Shown: positions 34,772 to 44,700, numbered from the stretch's first letter. The stretch: DNA of 64,000 bases from Cyanobium sp. NIES-981 (GCA_945877595.1 CAMDVN010000001.1:21685-85684), one strand, 5' to 3'. Numbers and translations: made by a program. The notes: generated by a model not told the origin, from the sequence alone.

Positions 34772-36889
34772 ATGGGCCGAATTGTCGGCATCGACCTGGG
34801 AACGACCAATTCCGTGGTGGCGGTCCTCGAGGGTGGCCGTCCGCAGGTCATTGCCAGTGCAGAGGGGGGACGCACCACGCCTTCGGTGGTGGGCTTCAGC
34901 CGGGAGCAGGAGCTCTTGGTGGGCCAGCTGGCGCGCCGCCAGCTGGTGCTGAATCCACGCAACACCTTCGCCAATCTCAAGCGCTTTGTGGGTCGCAGCT
35001 GGGATGAGCTCGATGAGGGCAGTCTCTCGGTGCCCTACACGGTGCGATGCAATGACGCGGGCAATGTTCGGGTGGTCTGCCCGGCAACCGAGCGTGAATA
35101 TGCCCCTGAGGAGCTCGTCGCCAGCATTTTGCGCAAACTCGTCGACGATGCGGGTACCTACCTCGGTGAGCCCGTTGAAGCGGCGGTGATCACCGTGCCG
35201 GCCTACTTCAACGACGCCCAGCGCCAGGTCACCCGCGATGCGGGCCGGCTGGCGGGGATCCGTGTGGAGCGCATTCTCAACGAACCCACGGCAGCGGCCC
35301 TCGCCTACGGATTTGACCGCAGCGTGGTCAAGCGGGTGCTGGTCTTTGACCTCGGTGGTGGCACGTTCGATGTCTCGGTGCTGCGCATTGCCAACGGGGT
35401 CTTTGATGTCAAAGCCACCAGCGGTGATACCCAGCTCGGCGGCAACGACTGGGACCGTCGCATCGTCGATTGGCTGGCCGATGCCTTCCAGGCCGACCAC
35501 GGCATGGACCTGCGCCGTGATCGCCAGGCCCTGCAGCGGCTGACCGAAGCCGCTGAGAAGGCCAAGCAGGAGCTCTCTGGGGTGCAGAGCACCCCGATTT
35601 CGTTGCCCTTCATCGCCACCGGTGGCGATGGGCCCCTGCACATCGAAACCACCCTCGAGCGGCGTCGCTTCGAAGGACTCTGCCCCGACCTTCTCGATCG
35701 GCTGTTGCGGCCCGTTCAACGAGCCCTGCGCGATTCAGGTTTTGCTGCCGAAGACATCGACGATGTGGTGCTGGTGGGGGGCTCCACCCGGATGCCCATG
35801 GTGCAGGAGATGGTGCGCACCCTGGTGCCCCTGGAGCCATGCCAGTCGGTCAATCCCGATGAGGTGGTGGCGATTGGGGCCGCCGTTCAGGCCGGCATTC
35901 TCACCGGTGAATTGCGGGATCTGATGCTCAATGACGTGACCCCGCTCTCGCTGGGTCTCGAGACCATTGGCGGCGTGATGAAGGTGCTGATCCCGCGCAA
36001 CACCCCGATCCCGGTGCGCAAGAGTGACCTGTTCAGCACCTCCGAGGCCAACCAGAGTTCGGTCGAGGTGCAGGTGCTCCAGGGGGAGCGTTCGATGGCC
36101 AGTGACAACAAGTCGCTGGGCCGCTTCCGGCTGTCGGGCATCCCCCCAGCTCCGCGCGGGGTTCCCCAGGTGCAGGTGTCATTTGACATCGATGCCAATG
36201 GGCTGCTGCAGGTGTCGGCCACGGACCGCACCACCGGACGCCAGCAGAGCGTCACGATTCAGGGGGGCTCAAACCTCAGTGAGGAGGACATCGCCGTTTT
36301 GATCGCCGAAGCCGAGCAAAAAGCCACCGAAGATCGCCGCAAGCGGGCCGACATTGATCGCCGTAACCGTGCCCAGACCCTCGTGGCCCAGGCCGAACGG
36401 CGCTTGCGTGATGCCGCCCTCGAGGTGGGGCCCTATGGGGCTGAGCGGCAGCAGCGGGCCGTGGAGCTCGCCCTGCGTGATGTGCAGGATCTAATCGCTG
36501 AAGAAGCGCGGGGCAGTGTTGATCTGGCCGAGCTCGAACTGGCTGTGAGTCAGCTCCAGGAAGCCCTATATGGGCTGAATCGGCGTTTGCTGAGTGAGCG
36601 CAAGGCTGACCAGGGGCCCCTCCAGGGCCTTAAAAACACCTTGGGTTCGCTCAAGGACGAGCTCTTCTCAGACGATGAGTGGGATGACTGGGACAGGCCG
36701 AGCAGCGATCCCTGGTCAACGGGATCTCGCCGCTACACCCCCCCCCCCTATTCCGCCCCCCGGCCGCTCGAACCCTCCGGCTATCAGGGATCTGGCAGCG
36801 ATCGAGAGCGCCCACGCGGTGTCGTTTCACGCCGTGAACCACCGCCCCGGCGCGGCTGGGATGAGGGTGACCCCTGGGCTGAGCGCTGA
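34772..36889 (+). CDS. dnaK: Hsp70 chaperone, DnaK paralogue with extended C-terminal tail (DnaK3-like)
   Basis: MGRIVGIDLGTTNSVVAV.. at ATG 34772. ..DLGGGTFDVS... Pro/Trp/Asp-rich non-canonical tail. Confidence 0.92.
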   Translation: MGRIVGIDLGTTNSVVAVLEGGRPQVIASAEGGRTTPSVVGFSREQELLVGQLARRQLVLNPRNTFANLKRFVGRSWDELDEGSLSVPYTVRCNDAGNVRVVCPATEREYAPEELVASILRKLVDDAGTYLGEPVEAAVITVPAYFNDAQRQVTRDAGRLAGIRVERILNEPTAAALAYGFDRSVVKRVLVFDLGGGTFDVSVLRIANGVFDVKATSGDTQLGGNDWDRRIVDWLADAFQADHGMDLRRDRQALQRLTEAAEKAKQELSGVQSTPISLPFIATGGDGPLHIETTLERRRFEGLCPDLLDRLLRPVQRALRDSGFAAEDIDDVVLVGGSTRMPMVQEMVRTLVPLEPCQSVNPDEVVAIGAAVQAGILTGELRDLMLNDVTPLSLGLETIGGVMKVLIPRNTPIPVRKSDLFSTSEANQSSVEVQVLQGERSMASDNKSLGRFRLSGIPPAPRGVPQVQVSFDIDANGLLQVSATDRTTGRQQSVTIQGGSNLSEEDIAVLIAEAEQKATEDRRKRADIDRRNRAQTLVAQAERRLRDAALEVGPYGAERQQRAVELALRDVQDLIAEEARGSVDLAELELAVSQLQEALYGLNRRLLSERKADQGPLQGLKNTLGSLKDELFSDDEWDDWDRPSSDPWSTGSRRYTPPPYSAPRPLEPSGYQGSGSDRERPRGVVSRREPPPRRGWDEGDPWAER

Positions 36890-36894
36890 GGCCC

Positions 36895-37812
36895 ATGACC
36901 TCCACGGCTTCCACAACGGATTACTGGTCGGTTCTGGGGCTCGAGCCCGGCGCCGATGGTCCCACTCTCAAGCGGGCCTTTCGTTCCCAAGCCAGGCGAT
37001 GGCATCCGGATCTCAACGGCAACGACCCGGTGGCCGAGGAGCGCTTCAAGCTTGTCAACGAAGCCTATGCCGTGCTTTCGGATCCCGGCCGGCGTCAGGC
37101 CTGGGAAATGGGCCAGCCGGCTGGCGATGGCCTCGGTGGCAGTACGGCTGATCCCTTCGCCAGAGGTTTTCCCGAGTTTGACGATTACCTGCAGGCCCTG
37201 TTTGGTCAGCGGCGACGCCAGCCGGAGCCCGAACCGGATCTCGAACCCGAATCCCATCGGGAAGCGGCCGGCCGGGTGGCCACAACCCCAGTCTCCCCGC
37301 CCCCGGTGCAGGCCTCCAGCGATCAGGAGACCCTGGTGGACCTCACCCCGGAGCAGGCCTTGCATGGCGAGAGGGTCGAGCTGGAGCTGGCCGATGGCAC
37401 GGCTGTGGAGGTCACGACCCCTCCCCTGGCCGGAGATGGTTGGCGGCTGCGCTTGGCCGGAGTGGCCCCAGGCGGTGGGGATCATTTTCTGCAGCTACGG
37501 GTGCGCACACCTGAGGGACTGCGCATCGACGGCCTCCGCGTGATGGTCAATTTGGAACTCTCTCCAGCGGAAGCCGCCCTCGGCTGTGTCGTGCTCGTGC
37601 CCACCCTCGAGGGCGATGTTCAGCTGCGGGTGCCAGCCGGCTCATCGAGTGGTCGGTTGCTGAGGCTCCGGGGCCGGGGTTTGTCGTGGGGTGACCGTCG
37701 CGGCGACCAGCTGGTTGAGATCCGGATCGTTGTGCCCGAATCACTCAGCGATGCCGAGGCTGCCCTCTACCGGCGACTGCAGGAGCTGGCCGAGCATCCC
37801 GAACGATCCTGA
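36895..37812 (+). CDS. J-domain co-chaperone (DnaJ-like, no zinc-finger region)
   Basis: DYWSVLGLEPGADGPTLKRAFRSQARRWHPDLN.. with the HPD motif. C-terminal DnaJ-C-like beta domain. Immediately follows dnaK. Confidence 0.85.
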   Translation: MTSTASTTDYWSVLGLEPGADGPTLKRAFRSQARRWHPDLNGNDPVAEERFKLVNEAYAVLSDPGRRQAWEMGQPAGDGLGGSTADPFARGFPEFDDYLQALFGQRRRQPEPEPDLEPESHREAAGRVATTPVSPPPVQASSDQETLVDLTPEQALHGERVELELADGTAVEVTTPPLAGDGWRLRLAGVAPGGGDHFLQLRVRTPEGLRIDGLRVMVNLELSPAEAALGCVVLVPTLEGDVQLRVPAGSSSGRLLRLRGRGLSWGDRRGDQLVEIRIVVPESLSDAEAALYRRLQELAEHPERS

Positions 37813-37885
37813 TCGATCCGGATTGCTTGGTGTTGGGGGAGCGGTGAGAGAGTGGAAGACCTCTGGATTCAACCCCCTCGCGGCT

Positions 37886-38269
37886 ATGGCGGTTCACGTG
37901 CTGCTCTTCGATGCCGGCAGTGACCAGGAGGGCATCCACTCCCTGGAGCTCAATGGCAGCACGGTCGTGCTGCTCTTTGAGGAGCGCGACGATGCCGAGC
38001 GCTATGCCGGTCTGCTCGAAGCCCAGGATTTCCCCACCCCCACGGTGGAGGCCCTCGATCGCGAGGAGATGGAGTTGTTTTGTTCCCAGGCCGGCTACGA
38101 AGCACGGTTCGTGCCGGCCGGGTTCCTGCCCAAGACCGCCGAGGAGCGCCTGTTGATTGCTCCTCCCGAACGCAACATGGACACGAGTCACTGGCAGGAG
38201 GTCGCCTCCACCAGCACGGTGGATCCCGAGCTGGAGGCCTTTCGCCGGCAGCTTGAGGGCTTGCTGTGA
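37886..38269 (+). CDS. DUF3110-like protein
   Basis: ATG 37886. MAVHVLLFDAGSDQEGIHSLELNGSTVVLLFEERDDAERYAGLLEAQDF... Family name is from memory. Confidence 0.6.
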   Translation: MAVHVLLFDAGSDQEGIHSLELNGSTVVLLFEERDDAERYAGLLEAQDFPTPTVEALDREEMELFCSQAGYEARFVPAGFLPKTAEERLLIAPPERNMDTSHWQEVASTSTVDPELEAFRRQLEGLL

Positions 38270-39237
38270 CCCGGCCGGGCCCGACGGGCTTCGACCGCGG
38301 CCATCTGCTCACCGAGCAGGCGAATCCGGCTAGTGAGGGCCTCGACACCCTCGAGACCGCTGCCCTGGTGCAGCTCTTCTGCGACAACGATTTGGAGCCC
38401 CAGCGCGCCGTGGCCTCTGCGGCGCCGGCGCTAGAAGCGGCGATTGACGCGATTGCTGATCGTCTGCGGCAAGGGGGGCGGCTCTTCTATCTGGGTGCCG
38501 GCACGTCGGGACGGCTGGGTGTGCTGGATGCGGCTGAATGCCCCCCTACGTTTTGCTCAGATCCCGAGCTGGTGCAAGGGGTTTTGGCGGGGGGCGCCCC
38601 GGCCCTGCTGCGCAGTTCCGAAGGCCTGGAGGACCAGGCCCAAGCCGGCTGCAACGATCTGAACCAGCGGGGGTTTGCCGGGGGCGATTGTTTGGTGGGG
38701 ATCGCCGCCGGCGGCACCACCCCCTACGTGCTGGGTGGCTTGGCGATGGCGCAGTCGATCGGTGCGCTCACCGTGGCCATGGCCTGCGTGCCGACTGAGC
38801 AGGCCCCGATGCCCTGCGACATCGACATTCGCCTGTTGACCGGAGCCGAGCTGCTCACTGGTTCCACCCGGCTCAAGGCGGGCACGGCCACCAAAATGGC
38901 CCTCAACATTTTGTCGACCGGTGTGATGGTCCGGCTGGGCAAGGTTCACGGCAACCGCATGGTCGATGTGGCAGTCACCAACAGCAAGCTGGAAGACCGG
39001 GCCCTGCGCATCCTGCGCGACCTCGCTGATCTGCCTGCCGAGCGGGCCTTGGCCCTGTTGGCCGCCGCAGGTGGCTCGGTCAAGCTGGCCCTTCTCATGC
39101 AGGCCTCCGGTTTGGATGTCACGGCCGCCCAAGCCCATCTGGCCGGCCATGGCCCGGGTCTGCGGGCGGCCCTGGCAGCCCTGCCTGCCAGGCAGGGTGA
39201 AGGCCCAGGCAGGGTGAAGGCTGAGCCCTCAGGTTGA
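38266..39237 (+). CDS. murQ: N-acetylmuramic acid 6-phosphate etherase
   Basis: ..GRLFYLGAGTSGRLGVLDAAECPPTF.. SIS domain. ..GSTRLKAGTATKM... Confidence 0.9.
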   Translation: MTRPGPTGFDRGHLLTEQANPASEGLDTLETAALVQLFCDNDLEPQRAVASAAPALEAAIDAIADRLRQGGRLFYLGAGTSGRLGVLDAAECPPTFCSDPELVQGVLAGGAPALLRSSEGLEDQAQAGCNDLNQRGFAGGDCLVGIAAGGTTPYVLGGLAMAQSIGALTVAMACVPTEQAPMPCDIDIRLLTGAELLTGSTRLKAGTATKMALNILSTGVMVRLGKVHGNRMVDVAVTNSKLEDRALRILRDLADLPAERALALLAAAGGSVKLALLMQASGLDVTAAQAHLAGHGPGLRAALAALPARQGEGPGRVKAEPSG

Positions 39238-39251
39238 GCCCTCAGGCTGAG
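39188..39251. repeat. Two adjacent tandem duplications at the murQ/mtnP convergent junction (17 nt x2, then 13 nt x2 plus a partial copy)
   Basis: CCAGGCAGGGTGAAGGC at 39188-39204 and 39205-39221. TGAGCCCTCAGG(T/C) at 39222-39234 and 39235-39247, then TGAG. The murQ stop (39235-39237) and the mtnP stop (39242-39244) lie inside the second array. Confidence 0.9.
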
Positions 39252-40180
39252 AAGGAGCCCCAGTAGGGGGCCGTGAGCAGGTCAACCCGGCGACGGGTCG
39301 CTTCTGGCACTGCGGCCATGGGGGTCATCAGGGCATGGCGCAGGGCGTGGTGGGCTCCACTCGGGGGCCGATGCACGGCCACGCGCTGGGCCGCCATGCG
39401 AATGATGTCCTGGGCCAAGGAGGCGTTGGCGCGCAGGTTGTCGATCACCATCTCGACGCTCACGGAGGCATGCTCCTGATGCCAGCAGTCGTAGTCGGTC
39501 GCCATGGCCAGCGTGGTGTAGGCCATTTCACATTCCCGCGCCAGCCGGGCTTCAGTGTGGTTGGTCATGCCGATCACGCTGCAGCCCCAGGAGCGGTAGA
39601 GCTCTGATTCGGCCCGGGTTGAGAAGGCCGGGCCCTCCATGCACAGGTAGGTGCCACCCCGGTGCAGGCTGCGACCCTGGGGCATCAGGCTTTCGGCCAC
39701 ATCCCCCAGCAGCCTGCTGAGCACGGGGCAGAAGGGATCCGCAAAAGTCACATGGGCCACCAGTCCTTCGCCAAACATGGTGATCGGCCGCTGATGGGTG
39801 CGGTCAATGAATTGGTCGGGCACCACCATGTCGAGGGGGCGGATCCCCTCTTGCAGGGAGCCCACCGCGGAAACCGAAAGGATCCAGCGCACCCCCAGGC
39901 TGCGCAGGGCCCAGAGATTGGCCCGGTAGGGCACTTCGGTGGGGGTCAAGCTGTGATGGGCGCCGTGGCGGGCCAGAAACACCACCTCCAGATCACCGAT
40001 CCGGCCGAGCCGCAGCGCATCTGAAGGGTTGCCGAAGGGTGTCTTGACATCGATCGCTCTGACCTCCTCAAGGCCGTCCATGGCATAGAGGCCGCTGCCG
40101 CCAATCACGCCCAGGCGGGCGGTGCCCAGCTGGGGGCCAAATTCACGGGCGAGATCGCCCTGGGATGGTGTGCTCATCAC
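39242..40180 (-). CDS. mtnP: S-methyl-5-thioadenosine phosphorylase
   Basis: ..[10 protein letters not shown].., ..FLARHG.., ..[10 protein letters not shown].. PNP/MTAP family motifs. Confidence 0.88.
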   Translation of the reverse strand: MMSTPSQGDLAREFGPQLGTARLGVIGGSGLYAMDGLEEVRAIDVKTPFGNPSDALRLGRIGDLEVVFLARHGAHHSLTPTEVPYRANLWALRSLGVRWILSVSAVGSLQEGIRPLDMVVPDQFIDRTHQRPITMFGEGLVAHVTFADPFCPVLSRLLGDVAESLMPQGRSLHRGGTYLCMEGPAFSTRAESELYRSWGCSVIGMTNHTEARLARECEMAYTTLAMATDYDCWHQEHASVSVEMVIDNLRANASLAQDIIRMAAQRVAVHRPPSGAHHALRHALMTPMAAVPEATRRRVDLLTAPYWGSFSA

Positions 40181-40230
40181 TCCATTCTCCCTGCCGCCAG
40201 CACATAAAGTCTTGGTTTGATTGTCTCAGC

Positions 40231-40671
40231 GTGACTAAAGCTGTAATGGAGACCGATGCCGGCGCCCTGGAGATTGAACTCTTCGAGGCCGATGCCCCAG
40301 GCACGGTTGCCAATTTCGTCAAGCTGGCTGAGTCGGGCTATTACGACGGCCTGGGCTTTCACCGGGTGATCGAGGGCTTCATGGCCCAAGGCGGTTGCCC
40401 CAACAGCCGCGAGGGAGCCCGAGGTATGGCTGGCACCGGTGGTCCCGGTTACACCATTGATTGTGAGATCAATTCCCACAAACACCAGGCAGGCTCACTC
40501 TCGATGGCCCATGCCGGCAAAAACACCGGCGGCTCCCAGTTCTTTCTGTGCCACGAAGCCCAACCTCACCTTGACGGTGTGCACACCGTGTTTGGTCAGA
40601 CCGGAAACCTGGATGTGGTGCTGGCGATCAAGAAGGGCACCAAGATCAACAAGCTCATCATCCAGAAGTGA
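40231..40671 (+). CDS. Peptidyl-prolyl cis-trans isomerase (cyclophilin type)
   Basis: ..[44 protein letters not shown]... Start at GTG 40231 or ATG 40246. Confidence 0.9.
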   Translation: MTKAVMETDAGALEIELFEADAPGTVANFVKLAESGYYDGLGFHRVIEGFMAQGGCPNSREGARGMAGTGGPGYTIDCEINSHKHQAGSLSMAHAGKNTGGSQFFLCHEAQPHLDGVHTVFGQTGNLDVVLAIKKGTKINKLIIQK

Positions 40672-40684
40672 GAGTTCCCCGCTT

Positions 40685-42373
40685 CTAGCGCCACACCACA
40701 AACGCGCCGGCCTCGAGTGAGAGGCCGGTCAGCCCAGCGCCTTGCACCTCAGCGAGCGGCCGGATTTGGGGTTCGAGGGTGGCGGGGGGATGGGCCAGTC
40801 GTTGGGGATCTGGGCTCACCAGCACCGCCAACCATTGGGTACCCGGCAAACGACTGAGTCGTTCGAGGGTCTGGTGAAGGTCATTGGTCTCGAGATTGTG
40901 CTGATCGGTGCCGCTGAGCAACAGCGCCAGGGGCGGCTGGTTAAGCAGGGCCAGCAGCCGGGGGTCTTCCTCGGGCTCGGCCAAAATCCCGCGCTCCAGG
41001 GCCCAGGCCTGCACCTGGTCCTGCTGGGCCAGGGCTGAGAGCTCACCGTTCCAGGCCACCACGGCGGTGGTGCCACGGATCGGGCAGCTCGGCCCATCGC
41101 CCATCAAGTGGCCCAGCTTGGTGCGCTTGGCCGCCAAGTAGGCGGCGTTGTGGGTGCCAGGGGCCATGACCAAGGGGACCCGCTCTTCCACTTGCAGCCC
41201 GTATCCCCCCAGACCAGCGATCTTGCGCGGATTGTTGGTGATCAACCGCAGCCGGTGCACACCCAGATCACTGAGGATCTGGGCCCCCACGCCGTAGTTG
41301 CGCAGGTCGGCGGCAAAGCCGAGCCGCTCGTTGGCCTCGACGGTGTCGAGGCCGGTGTCTTGCAGCGAATAGGCCCGCAGTTTGTTGATCAGGCCGATGC
41401 CGCGCCCCTCCTGGCGCAGATACACCACCACCCCTTCGCCGGCCTGTTCGATCATCTGCAGGGCGGCTTCGAGCTGCGGTCGGCAATCGCAGCGCAACGA
41501 ACCAAAGGCATCCCCGGTCAGGCATTCACTGTGAACCCTCACCAGCACAGCAGCGGGGGCCTGCTCAGGATGCCCCTTGACGATGGCGACGTGCTCGCTG
41601 CCATCCAGTTCATTGCGATAGCCGATGGCCCGAAACTGGCCAAAAGCACTGGGCAGGGACGCCTCAGCCTGGCGGCGCACGAAGCGTTCGGTGTCGAGCC
41701 GGTAGCGAATGAGATCCGCGATCGAAATCAACCGGAGCCCGTGGCGACGGGCGTAGTGGGCCAGCTGGGGCAAGCGGGCCATCGAGCCATCGGTGTTCTG
41801 GATTTCGCAGATCACACCGGCGGGATAGAGGCCTGACAGCCGGGCTAGATCCACCGCAGCTTCGGTATGGCCGGCCCGTTTCAAGACCCCTCCCTGGCGG
41901 GCCCGCAGGGGAAAGATGTGGCCGGGGCGGCGCAGATCAGCCGGGCGGCTGCCCGGATGGATGGCCACCTGGATGGTGCGGGCCCGATCGTCGGCAGAGA
42001 TCCCGGTGCTGACCCCATTTTCAGGACCCGCATCCACACTCACCGTGAATGCGGTCTGGTTGCTGTCGGTGTTGCGATCCACCATCAGGGGCAGGTCGAG
42101 CGCGTCGAGACGCTCGCCCTCCATCGCCAAACAGATCAGGCCCCGAGCCTCGGTGGCCATGAAATTGATTTGCTCGGGCGTGGCGAACTGGGCCGCGCAG
42201 ATCAAGTCACCTTCGTTTTCACGATTTTCATCGTCGACGACGACGACCGATTCGCCGTTGCGGATCGCGGCGAGGGCATCGGCGATCGCATCGAAGCGGA
42301 TCACGGCTGCATCAACGCCGGGCAGAAGGTCGTTCAAGGGCGACTGGATCCAGGCCGATCGGCCTGTACGCAA
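40685..42373 (-). CDS. ribBA: Bifunctional 3,4-dihydroxy-2-butanone-4-phosphate synthase / GTP cyclohydrolase II
   Basis: ..[12 protein letters not shown].. (RibB) and ..[19 protein letters not shown].. (RibA zinc site). 562 aa with a C-terminal extension. Confidence 0.92.
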   Translation of the reverse strand: MRTGRSAWIQSPLNDLLPGVDAAVIRFDAIADALAAIRNGESVVVVDDENRENEGDLICAAQFATPEQINFMATEARGLICLAMEGERLDALDLPLMVDRNTDSNQTAFTVSVDAGPENGVSTGISADDRARTIQVAIHPGSRPADLRRPGHIFPLRARQGGVLKRAGHTEAAVDLARLSGLYPAGVICEIQNTDGSMARLPQLAHYARRHGLRLISIADLIRYRLDTERFVRRQAEASLPSAFGQFRAIGYRNELDGSEHVAIVKGHPEQAPAAVLVRVHSECLTGDAFGSLRCDCRPQLEAALQMIEQAGEGVVVYLRQEGRGIGLINKLRAYSLQDTGLDTVEANERLGFAADLRNYGVGAQILSDLGVHRLRLITNNPRKIAGLGGYGLQVEERVPLVMAPGTHNAAYLAAKRTKLGHLMGDGPSCPIRGTTAVVAWNGELSALAQQDQVQAWALERGILAEPEEDPRLLALLNQPPLALLLSGTDQHNLETNDLHQTLERLSRLPGTQWLAVLVSPDPQRLAHPPATLEPQIRPLAEVQGAGLTGLSLEAGAFVVWR

Positions 42374-42418
42374 TCATCCTTTATAAAGCCCGGGTAGTTC
42401 TGGCGTTTCCCAGCCCTT

Positions 42419-43588
42419 GTGGCGGGTTCTGGCATGGCGATAACAGGCACGGCGATAACAGGCACAGCGTTGACCGGCACAGCGTTGACTGGAACAGCGG
42501 TGGCAGGCACCGTGGTGGCGGGCACTGTTGCGAAACGTGTGGCCGTGATTGGCGCCAGTGGCTATGGCGGTCTTCAGACCTTGCGGCTCCTCCACCAGCA
42601 CCCCGGGCTCACGGTCACCTTTCTGGGCGGCGAGCGCAGCAGTGGCAAGCGCTGGAGCGAACTCAACCCCTTTTTGCCCCTGCCCGGTGATCCGGTGGTC
42701 CAGAGCCCCGATCCCGATGCCATCGCCGCGGTGGCTGACCTGGCGGTGCTGAGCTTGCCCAACGGCCTGGCAGCCCAGCTGGTTCCCCCACTGCTGGAGC
42801 GTGGCGTCAAAGTTGTGGACCTCTCGGCCGATTACCGCTATCGCTCCTTGACCCAATGGCAGGAGGTCTATGCCACCGAGGCCCGCCAGATCCACCGCAG
42901 CGACGCCGAGCTCTGTCTTGAGGCGGTCTATGGCCTGGTGGAGTGGGAGGAGGAGCGCATTCGCACGGCCCGTCTGGTCGCTGTGCCCGGCTGTTTTCCC
43001 ACCGCCAGCCTGCTGGGTCTGTTGCCCTTCCTCAAACAGGGTCTAATCGAGTCCAATGGCATCATCATCGACGCCAAAACAGGCACCTCAGGGGGCGGTC
43101 GTGCTGCCAAGGAGGCGTTGTTGCTTGCTGAGGCGTCTGAGGCCGTGGCCCCCTATGGCGTGATTGGTCATCGCCACACCAGCGAGATTGAGCAACTTGC
43201 CAGCCAGGTGGCGGGCAGTCCGATTCAGTTGCAGTTCACCCCGCACCTGATCCCGATGGTTCGGGGTCTGCTGGCCACGGTGTACTGCCGGCTGCGGGAC
43301 CCGGGTCTGACCGCCGACGACTGCACCACCATGCTCGAGGCGGCGTACCGTCATGCCCCCTGCGTGGAGGTCCTGCCGGTGGGCACCTACCCCTCCACCA
43401 AGTGGGTGCGGCAGACCAACCGGGCTTTGCTGTCGGTTCAGGTCGACAGTCGTAGCGGCCAGCTGATCGTGATGGGCGTGATCGACAACTTGGTCAAGGG
43501 CCAGGCCGGACAGGGGGTGCAGTGTTTGAACCTGATGGCGGGGCTCGACGCCGCCACTGGGTTGCCCACGGTCCCTTTTTATCCCTGA
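42419..43588 (+). CDS. argC: N-acetyl-gamma-glutamyl-phosphate reductase
   Basis: ..RVAVIGASGYGG.., ..PGCFPTA.. catalytic Cys. Start uncertain: GTG 42419 or ATG 42434 includes the pentapeptide repeat; GTG 42539 excludes it. Confidence 0.9.
   Translation: MAGSGMAITGTAITGTALTGTALTGTAVAGTVVAGTVAKRVAVIGASGYGGLQTLRLLHQHPGLTVTFLGGERSSGKRWSELNPFLPLPGDPVVQSPDPDAIAAVADLAVLSLPNGLAAQLVPPLLERGVKVVDLSADYRYRSLTQWQEVYATEARQIHRSDAELCLEAVYGLVEWEEERIRTARLVAVPGCFPTASLLGLLPFLKQGLIESNGIIIDAKTGTSGGGRAAKEALLLAEASEAVAPYGVIGHRHTSEIEQLASQVAGSPIQLQFTPHLIPMVRGLLATVYCRLRDPGLTADDCTTMLEAAYRHAPCVEVLPVGTYPSTKWVRQTNRALLSVQVDSRSGQLIVMGVIDNLVKGQAGQGVQCLNLMAGLDAATGLPTVPFYP
42431..42535. repeat. Seven tandem 15-nt units (GGCACnGCGnTnACn-like) in the ribBA-argC divergent region
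   Basis: Unit starts at 42431, 42446, 42461, 42476, 42491, 42506 and 42521. Units 3 and 4 differ at 1 nt. Confidence 0.92.
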
Positions 43589-44193
43589 TCCACCAGCCTT
43601 TGCGCCAACAGGGCCACGGCTGCCGGCAGGATTTGGTGTTCCTGCTGTTGGATTCGAGCCCTGAGTCGCGCGTGGTCGTCGTCGACACGCACGGGCACGG
43701 CGGCTTGGATCAGGATTTCGCCCGAATCCACGGCCTCGTTTACCAAGTGGGCCGTGCAACCCGTCAAGGTGACCCCCGCGGCCAGGGCCTGGCCTACCCC
43801 GTCTAGGCCCTTGAAACTTGGCAACAGTGAAGGGTGAATGTTGAGCAATCGGCTTGGGAACGCGGCGATCAACACCGGCGTCACGATCCGCATCCAGCCG
43901 GCCATCACCACCAGATCCACCCCCTGCTCCTGGAGACAGTCCACCAGGGCGGCATCGAGAGCTTCGCGGCTGGGCTGGAGGCGGTGGTCGATCAGCTGGC
44001 AGGGAATGCCCAGCCGCTGAGCCCGCTGGGCGGCGCCACAGCCTGGATTGTTGACGACCAGCTGCACCACGTTGGCGGCCAGTGCGTCGGCTTGGCACGC
44101 CGCCACCAGGGCCTCAAAATTGCTTCCCGCACCCGAGGCCATCACGCCAAGGCGCAGGCGCTTCCCTGCAGCGACAAGCCTTGAGCTCTCCAT
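43579..44193 (-). CDS. purN: Phosphoribosylglycinamide formyltransferase
   Basis: ATG 44193 (MESSRLVAAGKRLRLGVMASGAGSNFEAL..). ..NIHPSLLPSFKG... The upstream part of ORF 43579..44547 is judged non-coding. Confidence 0.9.
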   Translation of the reverse strand: MESSRLVAAGKRLRLGVMASGAGSNFEALVAACQADALAANVVQLVVNNPGCGAAQRAQRLGIPCQLIDHRLQPSREALDAALVDCLQEQGVDLVVMAGWMRIVTPVLIAAFPSRLLNIHPSLLPSFKGLDGVGQALAAGVTLTGCTAHLVNEAVDSGEILIQAAVPVRVDDDHARLRARIQQQEHQILPAAVALLAQRLVDQG

Positions 44194-44262
44194 CGATGGT
44201 GACAACGGCCACTGGAGCGTTAGGGCTTGATCGCTAGGGTTTACAAAAGCGGGCATCGCCCC

Positions 44263-44700
44263 ATGTCCCATCTCTCCATCCTGCCCACTGTGCTTCGGGA
44301 TGCCCACTGCCTGGCGTCCAGTCTTGAGGCCATGGGGTTCACCCCCCGCTGGGGCGGGGTGGTGCGGGGGTTTGACCCGGATCAGCAGCCGGTGCTGATT
44401 CGGGTGGCCCTCAGCAGCGGGCTCGAAATCGGCTGGCAGCGTCAACACGATGGCCGGCTGGCCCTGGTGGGCGATCTGCAACGCCTCAGCCAAACCAATA
44501 CCCTGTCGGCCCTGCTTGGCCGTTTGACACGCACCTATGCCGCCCATCGCGCCCTGATCGAAGCGCAGCTCGATCCTGCTCTGGCCACGGCCACAGTTTT
44601 AGCAAGCCCACCTGTTTTGGAAGGGCCAACGGCTTTGGACGATCCAACGGCCTTGGGTGGCCCCTTGGGGTGGCCTGAGGCCATGTTGCTTGCCCCCTGA
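44263..44700 (+). CDS. DUF1257 (Ycf35-like) protein
   Basis: ATG 44263, MSHLSILPTVLRDAHCLASSLEAMGF... The C-terminal tail carries a PTALDD/PTALGG duplication. Confidence 0.65.
   Translation: MSHLSILPTVLRDAHCLASSLEAMGFTPRWGGVVRGFDPDQQPVLIRVALSSGLEIGWQRQHDGRLALVGDLQRLSQTNTLSALLGRLTRTYAAHRALIEAQLDPALATATVLASPPVLEGPTALDDPTALGGPLGWPEAMLLAP

Noticed and set aside
34700-35719. 339-aa ORF on the minus strand opposite dnaK.
   Set aside because: It lies entirely antisense to a clearly real Hsp70 gene. This is the classic high-GC shadow frame opposite dnaK, with no independent motif or signal.
40685-41150. Roughly 150-aa C-terminal extension of RibBA, considered as a possible novel fused domain.
   Set aside because: As far as I recall, cyanobacterial (and plant) RibBA proteins are generally about 550 aa with such an extension. 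It is probably the normal lineage form, not a novelty.
42431-42535. Tandem repeats here and elsewhere considered as mini CRISPR arrays.
   Set aside because: The units are 12-21 nt and directly abutting, with no unique spacers and no cas genes. They are simple tandem duplications.
43579-44547. The full 322-aa ORF taken as purN.
   Set aside because: The N-terminal 118 residues have no PurN similarity and overlap the upstream intergenic region. The canonical PurN starts at ATG 44193.
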